Shown here: one piece after another, positions 17,482 through 26,560 of the stretch
Numbering within the stretch: the stretch's first letter is position 1
How the letters are laid out: the number at the start of each line of letters is the position of its first letter
IMG/VR virus record: IMGVR_UViG_3300032225_000504
Span: 1 to 26,981 of that record
From: a virus
Taxonomy: Duplodnaviria; Caudoviricetes
Direction: 5' to 3' (one strand)
Length of the DNA: 26,981 nucleotides
Notes under the pieces: generated by a model
What the model saw: the letters and a program-made list of their open reading frames with translations, nothing else
The model's database searches: none
What the model was told of the DNA's origin: nothing
Program-made: the position numbers and the translations under genes

Positions 17482-18061
17482 CGTGCTTGTTGGATTTTTT
17501 CAGGTTTTCTTCTTGTGTGATCACGCGCAGGTTCCACGGCACATGCAGGCCGCAGACAAACTCCCCACGCAAAGGCACGATGTGATCGACGACGTACTGC
17601 TCCCCAGTTGTCTGCGTCATGGTTATGGCTATCTGGTATAGCTGTCGAATCTCGGACTTCTGCTTGCGGGTCAGCCAAGGCGGCGTAGCGTCTCGATGCT
17701 TGCGGCGGCGTGCTTTTGTGTCCGCCCTAGTCCAAACCGGATTGCGCTGCTTCCATGCGGCTTGGTATTCGCGCTTCACATGCTGTGGGCGTGTGGCTGC
17801 GGTTTGAATTACCTGCTCGCGATTCTCGTGGTACCACCCATGCTTGCGGTCTTTGACGTCTTCGCGTTTGTTGTATTCACGAAAATACTCTGCGCGGGTT
17901 TCTGCGGCTTGTCGCCATTCAACCTGCAGGCACTCAATGCAGGCACCTTTAGTTTTGCGTGGGGCAATGTGCCCGTGTTTGCACGGCTCGCCTGTGAAGT
18001 AGTGCGTGGCTCCGAGGGCTTTGGCCTCAGCGCGGGTTTTGGGGAGATTGGTAGTGTCCAT
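17459..18061 (-). CDS. HNH endonuclease (free-standing, homing-type)
   Basis: VDHIVPL...CGLHVPWNL...ENLKKSN HNH motif; N-terminal YFTGEPCKHGH...CIEC zinc site; SD CAGGAG. Confidence 0.88.
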   Translation of the reverse strand: MDTTNLPKTRAEAKALGATHYFTGEPCKHGHIAPRKTKGACIECLQVEWRQAAETRAEYFREYNKREDVKDRKHGWYHENREQVIQTAATRPQHVKREYQAAWKQRNPVWTRADTKARRRKHRDATPPWLTRKQKSEIRQLYQIAITMTQTTGEQYVVDHIVPLRGEFVCGLHVPWNLRVITQEENLKKSNKHVDQLASE

Positions 18062-18113
18062 GTAGGCTCCTGTGACTTAGTAACAGGTAATATACACGAA
18101 AACGCCAGAAATG

Positions 18114-18135
18114 AAAAGAGGCCCCGAAGGGCCTC
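18114..18135 (-). terminator. Rho-independent terminator after the major capsid gene
   Basis: GAGGCCC-TTCG-GGGCCTC-TTTT (cUUCGg tetraloop). Confidence 0.85.
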
Positions 18136-18161
18136 CAAAACTAAGTCTTTCGACCCAATTA

Positions 18162-19073
18162 TTAGGACGAACCGGGCGAACCGAAGATGCCCAGTGGGTC
18201 AGACACGCCGAAGCTGTAACGCTCGCGAGCCTTATAACGCACGTTACCCGTGTCGAAGTCTCCATCCATGGAAGTTGCCATGGGGGTACGCTCGAAATGC
18301 TTCAGACCGTTTGGCACGTCAGTCAACAGGAACCAAGCGTTGGTGTCTGTCAAGAAGTGGTTCACGGTGTAGCCGCCGGGGATCGAACCGTTGTTCTTCA
18401 AGGCGTTGATGTCGTTGTCGGTTGTACCAACGCGCAGCTCGGTTTCGAGCAGGCGGGTAGCCACGAACATCAGGCTTGGAGGAACGACCAGTTTCTTTGG
18501 CTTGGCAGCGATCAGCAGGCCGCGTTCATCGGTCCAAGCAGCGATCTGAATCACAGCGTTTTCCAACGATGTTTCGTTCAGGTCAGCGCCGGTCGAAGGA
18601 CGGTTGCTGTTGGTACCACCAGACACCAGAGGGTGAGCTGTCGAGCACAGAACCACGCCGTCACCGTAGGTGGGGCCACCAGTAAAGGCGTTGTTCAGCA
18701 CGTAGGCAGCTTTGACCTGCTTGGTGTAAGCCATACCGCGAGCCAGCGCCTTGGTGTAGCGGCTGGACAACGAGTCATACAAGTTGTCTTCCACTGCTTC
18801 TTCCGTGATGGAGAAGCCCATGGCGATGGTTTCGTGGGTGTAACGAGCAGTCCATGCTTCCTGAGCATTGTCGTAAGCGATGGCGGAGCCTTCGTTCTTG
18901 ACAGGTGCTGCAGAGAAACCAGACAGCTTGGTTTCTTCTTCAAAGCTACGCTCCGATGTCTCGGTTTCGTAGATTTCTTTGTGCTCTTCGCCGTACTTTG
19001 CATACTCCAAACCGAACAAAGCGTTCAGGCCGGGCAGCAGTTCCTTGAGCAGTTGTGCGCGTGAAATAGCCAT
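18162..19073 (-). CDS. Major capsid protein (Mu gpT-like, HK97 fold)
   Basis: MAISRAQLLKELLPGLNALFGLEY...DGVVLCSTAHP...KKLVVPPSL...DFDTGNVRYKARERYSFG; strong SD; followed by a terminator. Confidence 0.88.
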   Translation of the reverse strand: MAISRAQLLKELLPGLNALFGLEYAKYGEEHKEIYETETSERSFEEETKLSGFSAAPVKNEGSAIAYDNAQEAWTARYTHETIAMGFSITEEAVEDNLYDSLSSRYTKALARGMAYTKQVKAAYVLNNAFTGGPTYGDGVVLCSTAHPLVSGGTNSNRPSTGADLNETSLENAVIQIAAWTDERGLLIAAKPKKLVVPPSLMFVATRLLETELRVGTTDNDINALKNNGSIPGGYTVNHFLTDTNAWFLLTDVPNGLKHFERTPMATSMDGDFDTGNVRYKARERYSFGVSDPLGIFGSPGSS

Positions 19074-19083
19074 GATTTACTCC

Positions 19084-19698
19084 TTAGACACCGGTGGTGT
19101 CAGTGTACTGGTGAAGGTTGAACTTCACGAGGAATTCGTAGTAAGTCGTAGCTGCCACGTTTGCAGCGCCAGTGGCTGTATCCGGGACAACGTCAATCAC
19201 ACGAACAGGGAGGGTGTTGGTGGTGTTGGCGGACGAGCCGTCAATACCGTAGGCAGAGTCGCCAGTGTTGGTCGAGCCAGCACCTGCAACCAAAGCCACG
19301 TTGGAACCAACGATGGCACGGGTATAAGCCGTGGGAGTTGTAGAACTGGCAACGGTAGCCACAACCTTGAACACTGCGTTCGGATCATCCACAACATAGC
19401 CGAAAGCCATGGCTGTAGAAGTCGATTGAGCGGCTGGGTAGTACTGACCTTGCACGGGCTGACCGGACGAGTTCACATACGAGCAACCGATCAACACGCC
19501 CACGCTGTCACCAGTGGCGGTAGCTGTCTTAGCGATCAGATAACCGTTGGTGTCAACTTGAACTGTGTCGCCGTTCAGGATCGCAGTAGCGTAAGCAGGT
19601 GCGATGGGGATTTGACGGATCGCTCCGGCGTATGGCAGACCATCCAATCGGTTGATTGGCTTGAAGCCGTACGTCTTGTCAATGGTAGGGTATGCCAT
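19084..19698 (-). CDS. Putative capsid cement/decoration protein
   Basis: 204 aa directly upstream of the MCP; YGFKPI...GDTV...VVDDPNAVF pattern. Confidence 0.65.
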   Translation of the reverse strand: MAYPTIDKTYGFKPINRLDGLPYAGAIRQIPIAPAYATAILNGDTVQVDTNGYLIAKTATATGDSVGVLIGCSYVNSSGQPVQGQYYPAAQSTSTAMAFGYVVDDPNAVFKVVATVASSTTPTAYTRAIVGSNVALVAGAGSTNTGDSAYGIDGSSANTTNTLPVRVIDVVPDTATGAANVAATTYYEFLVKFNLHQYTDTTGV

Positions 19699-19716
19699 CT
19701 TGAGACTCCAAAAAGT

Positions 19717-20181
19717 TTAAGTGCCTTTGCCGAAAGTGACTTTGGAGCTGCGTTCTTTGAACATAGGCATCCGTGGGTCATTCTCGCGCATGAACGTGTT
19801 GTCCACTGATTGCATCTGCTGCTCCGACATTTGTCGGTAGTGCGCATCACGCTGCTCAGTAAACTCCACCGGGGTTTTGCAAAGGAGCAGACCACCCACT
19901 TCGATGCTGTCTGGAATACGGCCGTTGCCGGAACCAAACAAGCGAATCTCAGGGTGCTCAGACGCCTTCACAGGCTCCCAGCCTTCGCGAAGTTTTCCAG
20001 AAATGTTGGTTGGATCGTCTTTGCCCATCATGCTCACACGAATCCAGCGAAACGCATAACCCGGTTCCGGTGTCGGATCGGGCAGAAGCTGGGCAGGCAT
20101 CCATTTCTTTGGACGCGCATCGGCGTCGCGGGATTTGGCTGCTCGGGGAGCACGGTTGTCAATAAGTTGTTCCATTTTCAT
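19717..20181 (-). CDS. Hypothetical head-module protein
   Basis: GYAFRWIR...EGWEPVKA...GGLLLCK; lies between the scaffold and cement genes; true start may be 20175. Confidence 0.7.
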   Translation of the reverse strand: MKMEQLIDNRAPRAAKSRDADARPKKWMPAQLLPDPTPEPGYAFRWIRVSMMGKDDPTNISGKLREGWEPVKASEHPEIRLFGSGNGRIPDSIEVGGLLLCKTPVEFTEQRDAHYRQMSEQQMQSVDNTFMRENDPRMPMFKERSSKVTFGKGT

Positions 20182-21125
20182 TTCCTCATTTCTTCAGCAA
20201 CCTTACGTGCGTAGAGTTCCAATGGAACCCCAAGCCGCTTGGCGACAGCAACTTGCGACTGCGTGAGCACGATCTTTCGAGGCGCTGTGCTACGCGTAGC
20301 GGAAGCTACAACATTGTTGGACCTTGTTCGCTGAGTGGACGCATCAGCGGGTTCTTTGACTCCAATCTGGTCTGGGAACCTTTCTTGCAGATCACCGTCG
20401 AGACGTCGATAGTACTCGTCGCTGCCTGCGGGAATTCCTTCAGCTACAAGGTCGTCATGCACCCCAAGGGCGTATGCAGACATCTTGCGGTTAACGCCCC
20501 ACCACTGGTTTCGCTCTTGCCATGCAAGGAGTTTTGGGTCGGCCGCAGGTGCTTGCTGCTGAATTTGTTGTGGTTGTACATCATCTTTTTCTTCCTGTAA
20601 AGGGGCAGGTCGAAAATTGTTGATTTTGTCCGCTTTGTTTTGCGCTGCCCACAGCTCCCGTTGCGCGGCAACGGTGGCGTCCGTGTCAAACGCTTCCAGC
20701 GCTGCCTTGTAGCGTGCCTCGGCTTGACCCACCTCGTTGGCCACAACCTTCTTGGCTTGCTCAATCAGGGCGCTTTGGCCTTGGGACAGGGAGCCTTTGA
20801 GCTTCTTGTTCTCTTCCACCAAATGCTGGGCGATGCGCAGGGCCTCGTCTTTTTCACGCTGCGCAGACTCTTTGGCCCGGCGCTCTTCGTGGTAACCCTT
20901 GGTGAAGTGTTTGAACCGCTGGCGTACGCTCTCGGAGTACGTGGCCAGCTCGTCTTCGGTAGGTTCCGAAGGCGGCTCCTTCATGGGTGGACGGCCGCGA
21001 TCTTCTGGCGGCGTGTCGTCAACGATCTCGATATCCGTGTCGGACTTAAAAGACGCATTGGCTTTTGTTTCCGCCGCATCCTTTTCATCAGGGAACTCGA
21101 ACTCAACTTTTTCCATATCAGCCAT
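20178..21125 (-). CDS. Putative capsid scaffolding protein
   Basis: Acidic N-terminus, long coiled coil, C-terminal LTQSQVAVAKRLGVPLELYARK helix-turn-helix; lies between portal and MCP. Confidence 0.72.
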   Translation of the reverse strand: MADMEKVEFEFPDEKDAAETKANASFKSDTDIEIVDDTPPEDRGRPPMKEPPSEPTEDELATYSESVRQRFKHFTKGYHEERRAKESAQREKDEALRIAQHLVEENKKLKGSLSQGQSALIEQAKKVVANEVGQAEARYKAALEAFDTDATVAAQRELWAAQNKADKINNFRPAPLQEEKDDVQPQQIQQQAPAADPKLLAWQERNQWWGVNRKMSAYALGVHDDLVAEGIPAGSDEYYRRLDGDLQERFPDQIGVKEPADASTQRTRSNNVVASATRSTAPRKIVLTQSQVAVAKRLGVPLELYARKVAEEMRK

Positions 21126-21135
21126 GTTCTGCTCC

Positions 21136-21552
21136 TTACATGTTGGGGCGTTGGATGCCGCGTGGGTCTTGCACCACGGCCTCGACGCTGTCGTCGTTGA
21201 TCAAGCGCCACTCAGTGCCATGAATTTTCATGCGGGTGCCTGTGTTGGGTCGAACCAGAACGAAGTCACCCACCTTGCAGCTTGGGCCGCTTGGGAAGCG
21301 TCTCTCGTCCTTGTAGGCATCTGGACCCATCTTGGCCACGAACAGCACGGGAGACAGCAGCTCCTCGTGGTGCATGGCTGTTGCGGATTTCAAAATGCCG
21401 GTCTCGCTGAACTCTTCTTCTGCCTTGGGCAGCATACAGAGCAGATAGAACGTAGCAGGGTCTGGAACCTGTTTTGCTTTGTCTTCAACCGGCTTATTCA
21501 AAAGGCCGGAAAGATCAATCGCTTGCGCGTCAAACTCAGTCGTCATCTTCAT
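21136..21552 (-). CDS. groES: GroES/Cpn10-like co-chaperonin
   Basis: TGIL mobile-loop-like segment, VAKMGPDAY, CKVGDFVLV, GTRMKIHGTEWRLINDDSVEAVV, matching the Cpn10 fold pattern. Confidence 0.75.
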   Translation of the reverse strand: MKMTTEFDAQAIDLSGLLNKPVEDKAKQVPDPATFYLLCMLPKAEEEFSETGILKSATAMHHEELLSPVLFVAKMGPDAYKDERRFPSGPSCKVGDFVLVRPNTGTRMKIHGTEWRLINDDSVEAVVQDPRGIQRPNM

Positions 21553-21736
21553 CTTTCAATTTACGCACGAGGTCGGCAATTTCACGCTGTGCGGTCTGCA
21601 GACCTCGGATCACTCCGCACAACTCCCGGTATTCAGCGTAGTCTTTGACTGCGCCTCCTACCAAAGCCTGAACATGACTTGTTTCCTGCTCCTCAAGCTT
21701 GCGCTTGAGGAATTCCAGTGTTCTGTCGTCCATCAT
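21536..21736 (-). CDS. Small hypothetical protein following the portal
   Basis: 66 aa, DYAEYRELCGVIRGL; ATGA overlap with the portal stop. Confidence 0.72.
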   Translation of the reverse strand: MMDDRTLEFLKRKLEEQETSHVQALVGGAVKDYAEYRELCGVIRGLQTAQREIADLVRKLKDEDDD

Positions 21737-24357
21737 TCCCCTTTACTGCCCGACGGTTTCGCAGTCGGATTGGTTTGCCGGGCTGCGCGTTGAGCAGCTT
21801 GTTCAGCGTGCGTCAGCCGTTGTCTGTGTGTTAGGTCAGCCTGCTGGAGCTTTTGCCCGTGCACCTGACCGCCGTGGGCCATGTTTTGTTGGTGCTGCTG
21901 GGCTTGCTGCGCCATGCCTTGCTGTGCCTGTTGCGCTGCTGCTTGCTGCTGTTGCTGGGCAGCCTGCATCTCTTGGGCGTGGCGCTGTACCTGCATCTCC
22001 ATCTCGAGCCTGTGCTGCTCGGCCAGCATGACTGGATCAGGGTTCTGGCTGCCTTGGGCTTGCGCTTTAAGCTCGATCTCGGCCTGCTTGAGCAACAGAT
22101 CGCCCTCGACCTTCTTGGCTTTGGTGTCGGCTTCCTGCTTTTTGATCTGCAGCTCGGCCTGCTGCATCTGGATGATTGGGTCTTGCGCGTGCTGCTGGGC
22201 TTGCTGTTGAGCGGCCTGACCTTGGTGCATCTTCATCAATTGCGCCGCAGCCTGCGCCACCAGCTTGGACAACTGGACCTCGACCTGCTCTGGCAACTCT
22301 TGGTTGGGGGCTGGCAGCGTTGCGCCAAGGCGCTCTTGAATCTGCGCACGGTACTGGAACGCGATGTGCTCGGCAATGTGCGCTTGCGCAGCAGCCATCA
22401 TCTGCTGCGCTGCGGGGTTCTGCCCCATCTGCGCCATGATCATGGGGTCTTGCAGCATGCTGGTGTGCACAGCAATGTGCGCGTCGTGATCTTGGGCAAT
22501 AAACGCCTTGGTCGGTTTGCCAGTCAAGAACGCCATGTTCTCCGAGATGGGGTCCACCGGTTTCTGGTCTTCCTCGACAGGCACCAGCTTGTCTGCGTTC
22601 TTCACGCCCAGCACCTCGATCATCTGGCGGTGCAGGTGCGGCAAGTCGTAAATCTGAGGAGCGCTCTGGCTTAACTGGATTACAGCTTGGTACTGCATGA
22701 TCCGCTGGGCCATGGTCGAGCTGTTGGGGTCGCTCACGGGGATGACCGTGACCATGTCGTAGTCGGCCTGCTTGGCCTGACGATCGCCCTTGACTGGGGT
22801 GTACGAGTACTCTTTGGGCGCGTTCTCGCGGATGATCTCTTTCAGGAGCTTGAACTCCTGCTTCATCGAGTAGTGCACCCGGGCCTGCACGGCCGACATG
22901 GTCTTGAGCTGACGCTCGAGCAACGCAAGCGTTGTGCCCACTGGCGCGTTCGCGCCCATGTCGCTGACGTTCATGTCTGCAATCGCACCCAGACGGCGGG
23001 CCTCGTTGGTGATGTTGTCCAGCAGCGCCGCCAACACTTGGCTTGGCTCTTTGTATGGTAGCGCCATGATGTTGTCGCGCACTGTTCCGCTCGGGACATC
23101 CACATCACGGAACTCGCCGGGAGCGATCGGAGTGTCGTCGCCCTTGATCCGCAGACCACGGGACTTCAAGCCGCCGGGCAAATTGGACAGCGTACCCGCA
23201 TCTACCAACTGACGAATGATCGACGTGCCAGCGCGGGCGTAACCGCCAATCAGATGGATCAAACCAATGCCGTACGCACCGAAACCGGTGATGTAGTCGT
23301 ACTGTACGAAGTGGTCACGCTTGAGTTGCTTCCTGTCGGTTTCTTTCCAGTTGCGATAGATGGACAGAACCTTGTTTGTGCTGCGGTCGATCGTGATGAC
23401 GTACGGCAATGCAATGCCGTCGTCGTTCTCAAACCCGGGCAAGTCGTAGTCAACAGCCACCTCAAACATCTGAAAGCGGTCGTCTTCAGTAAGGGTATAC
23501 CCTTGGTCTTCGGCCTTTTTCTTCTCGATGTCGCTAAAAAACGACTGTGGGGTGCCCAAATCAACGTCGCGGTAAAAGCCTGCAACCTGCAACTTTTTGA
23601 TTTCGTTCTCGGTCTTGCGCAAAACGTGCGTGGCACGCTCGGAATCCTCAATGCTGGTGCAGCCCCAAGGCAAAATCACATCTTCGGCCGGTACAAACAC
23701 GGATACCTGACGGTCTTTGTTGGGGTCAAAATACACCTTTTTGAACGCACACCCGGCCAAACCGAGGTTGAACAGCATGCGCTCGTGCTCCTTGCGGTAC
23801 TCAGGCATCTGCTCCGTGAGCCGGTAGTTCATGTCGTCTTGGACGCGAACCGCGGCTTCTTCTTTGAGGCGGTCAATTGCCCCAACAATCTCCGTTTTAA
23901 CAGGCCCCGCAGCCGGAAAGGTCTCAATGATCGTCTCGCTCTGGAACTTGATCGCCGCCTCGGTGAGCAGCGTACTGAACACCCCACATGCGCCGTTCCA
24001 CGGCTCTGTGCGTTCCTCGTACTTCATCCCCAAGACCTCAAGGCCCTTGACATAGGTCTCCACCCAGTCTCTGCGCGTGTTGACATCGGCCTCAATCAGC
24101 TCTGTCAGCTCACTGGCAATCTTGCCCAGCTCACTCTCGTCCATGTGCTCGGCCAAGTTGGCGTCAAACGGCACGTCGCTGTCGCTTTCACCCCCGGGCA
24201 TCAGGTCAATCTCCATGCCATCAATCCCAACCTTCACACCTTCTGGATCGTCAATCTCGATCTCAATCGCCGGGGTATCGTCGGGATTGATGTCGGCCAA
24301 AGCCCCCAAACCCATAGGGGCCTGTGACAGAGAAGGGGTCATGCTGTTCGATGCCAT
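21733..24357 (-). CDS. Portal protein (P22-like) with Gln-rich C-terminal coiled coil
   Basis: 874 aa directly after TerL; GCAFKKVYFD, GFGAYGIGLIHLIG, PYKEPS; C-terminal QQAQ-rich barrel region. Confidence 0.85.
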   Translation of the reverse strand: MASNSMTPSLSQAPMGLGALADINPDDTPAIEIEIDDPEGVKVGIDGMEIDLMPGGESDSDVPFDANLAEHMDESELGKIASELTELIEADVNTRRDWVETYVKGLEVLGMKYEERTEPWNGACGVFSTLLTEAAIKFQSETIIETFPAAGPVKTEIVGAIDRLKEEAAVRVQDDMNYRLTEQMPEYRKEHERMLFNLGLAGCAFKKVYFDPNKDRQVSVFVPAEDVILPWGCTSIEDSERATHVLRKTENEIKKLQVAGFYRDVDLGTPQSFFSDIEKKKAEDQGYTLTEDDRFQMFEVAVDYDLPGFENDDGIALPYVITIDRSTNKVLSIYRNWKETDRKQLKRDHFVQYDYITGFGAYGIGLIHLIGGYARAGTSIIRQLVDAGTLSNLPGGLKSRGLRIKGDDTPIAPGEFRDVDVPSGTVRDNIMALPYKEPSQVLAALLDNITNEARRLGAIADMNVSDMGANAPVGTTLALLERQLKTMSAVQARVHYSMKQEFKLLKEIIRENAPKEYSYTPVKGDRQAKQADYDMVTVIPVSDPNSSTMAQRIMQYQAVIQLSQSAPQIYDLPHLHRQMIEVLGVKNADKLVPVEEDQKPVDPISENMAFLTGKPTKAFIAQDHDAHIAVHTSMLQDPMIMAQMGQNPAAQQMMAAAQAHIAEHIAFQYRAQIQERLGATLPAPNQELPEQVEVQLSKLVAQAAAQLMKMHQGQAAQQQAQQHAQDPIIQMQQAELQIKKQEADTKAKKVEGDLLLKQAEIELKAQAQGSQNPDPVMLAEQHRLEMEMQVQRHAQEMQAAQQQQQAAAQQAQQGMAQQAQQHQQNMAHGGQVHGQKLQQADLTHRQRLTHAEQAAQRAARQTNPTAKPSGSKGE

Positions 24358-24366
24358 CGTGTGTCC

Positions 24367-25905
24367 TTAGTAGTACGCAGCCTTGCGTCGTCGGTCGCTG
24401 TACTCATTGTCTTGGTAGTCCGTGCTAAGCCTAATGAAGCCACCTTTGCGGAACCGATCCATGGTCATGGACGTGCAGTCCACCATGTCGTCATGCTCTC
24501 CGTTTGGAAACTCCGCCACTTGGTCAATAACTTCTTGTGCCCAACGCCGACCTGAAGGATACCAGACCATGCCTGATCTGAAAATGTCTGCGATGGCCGA
24601 CAGGCGTGCATATTTGTCGCCAGTGCCCCTGTGGGGCGTGAATTCACTCACCGGGATGCCGATTGCCCGCAGTTCTTGGAACAGTGGTGTGCCACTGGAC
24701 TTCTTTTCCACGATAAAAATGTCCGGCTCCCAGTCCGTGTACTCTTTGAACGCCAAATCTTTGAGTTCTGGGAACTCCACGCGCACGTTGATGGCGTTGA
24801 GCAAAATAATATGGGGTAAACCCTTGGTCAGCCGGTCGTGGCGGAACACGCCCCACGTCAAGAGCGCCGTAAAGTCAGCGCGGGTGTTCATTTCCGCTGC
24901 CGCGTCCAGCGCCATGATGATCACATCGCACTCAGGGGGCTCGTCTTCTTCCCATTCTTGCCACCAATCCCGTTTGACGATGGCCCCTTCCTCGGAAGTG
25001 GGCTCTTGCATGTACTGCGCGGCCCAAAACTGGGGAAACATACTGGCTTTTTTGGCCTCGAGCTTCTCCACAGACCACTGGTCGGGCCACAGCGACTTGC
25101 CGCTGGGCAAAATGGCCGGAAACCGCACCTCGTTCCACTGCGGAGCGTCAGGATTCGTCTCAGCCCACTGCAGCGCACGACCAATTGGGTCTTTTTTACC
25201 CCAGCGCGTACCGATCATCACGATGCGACCGCCGGGCATAAGCCGCTGCAGTGGGCCGACTTGCATGTACTGCCATGCGTTCTCAAAAACCGTGTCCGGA
25301 TTGGCCACCAGCGCCTGCTCAGAGACCAAGTCATCTGCAATCAGCAGGTGCGCACCGTGTCCGGCGACGTTTGCACCGATACCAATGGCGAAATACTTGC
25401 CCCCAGCCGTCGTTGTCCAGTCGTCGGCCGCGCTTTTGTCCTTGGAAACTTGCGTCTCCGGAAAGATCGACTGGTATTTCGGCCCGTCAATGAGGTTTCT
25501 GATCTTGCGGCCGAACGTGGCGGACAGCGACGCGGTGTGCGTCACCATGATGATGTGGTGTGTGGGGTTGTGGCCAAGGTACCAAGCCACGAAAAGGTAG
25601 GCAATCGTCTCAGATTTACCGAACCGGGGCGGCATCGACACGGTCAAGCGCCCGTCTTCTTCCTTGACGATCTCGTGCAGGATGGGCTCGAGGTGCCGGT
25701 GGTGCGGACCTTCTTTCCACTCGGGGTACACAAACTGGCAGAACTCCAAAAACTTGTCCCGGCGCGACTGCACCAGTCGTTTTTCTTCAAGCTGGTCAAG
25801 CTCGTCGAGCAACTGCGCCTTCTCAGCAGCGGGCATCGTTGGCAACGCGGCCAACAGCAGCGCAATCCGATCGGGCGATATATCAAATGCTTGCGGTGTC
25901 GGCAT
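24367..25905 (-). CDS. terL: Terminase large subunit
   Basis: Walker A MPPRFGKS, Walker B LLIADD, GTRW coupling motif, YMQEP, nuclease end FPNGEHDDMVD. Start placed at MPTPQ. Confidence 0.95.
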   Translation of the reverse strand: MPTPQAFDISPDRIALLLAALPTMPAAEKAQLLDELDQLEEKRLVQSRRDKFLEFCQFVYPEWKEGPHHRHLEPILHEIVKEEDGRLTVSMPPRFGKSETIAYLFVAWYLGHNPTHHIIMVTHTASLSATFGRKIRNLIDGPKYQSIFPETQVSKDKSAADDWTTTAGGKYFAIGIGANVAGHGAHLLIADDLVSEQALVANPDTVFENAWQYMQVGPLQRLMPGGRIVMIGTRWGKKDPIGRALQWAETNPDAPQWNEVRFPAILPSGKSLWPDQWSVEKLEAKKASMFPQFWAAQYMQEPTSEEGAIVKRDWWQEWEEDEPPECDVIIMALDAAAEMNTRADFTALLTWGVFRHDRLTKGLPHIILLNAINVRVEFPELKDLAFKEYTDWEPDIFIVEKKSSGTPLFQELRAIGIPVSEFTPHRGTGDKYARLSAIADIFRSGMVWYPSGRRWAQEVIDQVAEFPNGEHDDMVDCTSMTMDRFRKGGFIRLSTDYQDNEYSDRRRKAAYY

Positions 25906-26488
25906 CTTGCGCCCGTGTTTCTTTGACCTGCACAGTCTCAATCTCTTGCACGGGCGGCAGGTACTTGGCCAGCCGCTGGCGGATGCGTTCTTCCAGCTCC
26001 TCGGTGCTGGCGTCCACCTTCTTGACCTCGATCTTCTCGGTGAACAGCCCCACCTCCGTGACCTTGCCCAAGAGACCCAGCGCTTTCAAGCGGATGTTCG
26101 GGTTGGGGTTCTCGCAGTCGTCCAAGATTTTGGCCACGGCATACCCACGCAAGTTCTTGGCCTGCTCCACAAACTCCCAGTCGTAGGCGGTCAGCATTCC
26201 CACAAGGTGCTGCACTGCCGCAGGAGCCTTAATGTTAGTTAGCGCTAACTGCACTGATGCTGGGGTTGAGCCGGTGGTGAGCGCAGCGAACGCTGCTCGT
26301 GCTGTCTGTGTTTGCGCCTCGGTGGTCACGGCTTCGTCGTCGAACCCCATCTCGGTCAGCCAGTCGGCCGTCTTTACTTGGGCGTCGATGGTTTGCGTGG
26401 GGCTGGCTTTTTCCACAGGCACGAAGTCGTCCGGCATGTCCATGAAGACAGCCGGGTCCAAGTCCGCTGAGATGAGGTGATCTAACAT
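25883..26488 (-). CDS. Putative terminase small subunit
   Basis: Overlaps the terL start; RLKALGLLGK...LFTEKIEV motif. Start placed at MLDHL; an alternative in-frame ATG with a good SD lies at 26572. Confidence 0.68.
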   Translation of the reverse strand: MLDHLISADLDPAVFMDMPDDFVPVEKASPTQTIDAQVKTADWLTEMGFDDEAVTTEAQTQTARAAFAALTTGSTPASVQLALTNIKAPAAVQHLVGMLTAYDWEFVEQAKNLRGYAVAKILDDCENPNPNIRLKALGLLGKVTEVGLFTEKIEVKKVDASTEELEERIRQRLAKYLPPVQEIETVQVKETRAQDADTASI

Positions 26489-26512
26489 TTTGCGCAGGGG
26501 CTCCAAGAAGGC

Positions 26513-26560
26513 TTGTAACCACGATGACCAAAGTGTACACTCACATTGGCGGTGCTGCAA
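26513..26560. promoter_or_regulatory. Overlapping divergent sigma70-type promoters sharing a palindromic -10 region
   Basis: Plus strand: TTGTAA(26513-18)-N17-TACACT(26536-41). Minus strand: TTGCAG(26560-55)-N17-TACACT(26537-32). AGTGTACACT is a perfect palindrome. Confidence 0.62.

Noticed and set aside
17364-18161. Group I intron or known self-cleaving ribozyme around the HNH
   Set aside because: The flanking genes are intact, the HNH is intergenic, and I could not find a group I core or a hammerhead CUGANGA/GAAA consensus.
18111-19809. Plus-strand ORFs of 317 and 276 aa
   Set aside because: Antisense to the MCP and cement genes; no recognisable protein features.
24400-24460. FRKGG in TerL, and MFIGG, MMLGG and AKGG in other genes, as members of the GG motif set
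   Set aside because: They lie in folded or membrane contexts and could arise by chance, so they were not counted as evidence.
21853-25926. Long plus-strand ORFs (273, 357, 392 and 362 aa) opposite portal and terL
   Set aside because: Antisense shadows of GC3-biased genes, with no motifs or RBS.
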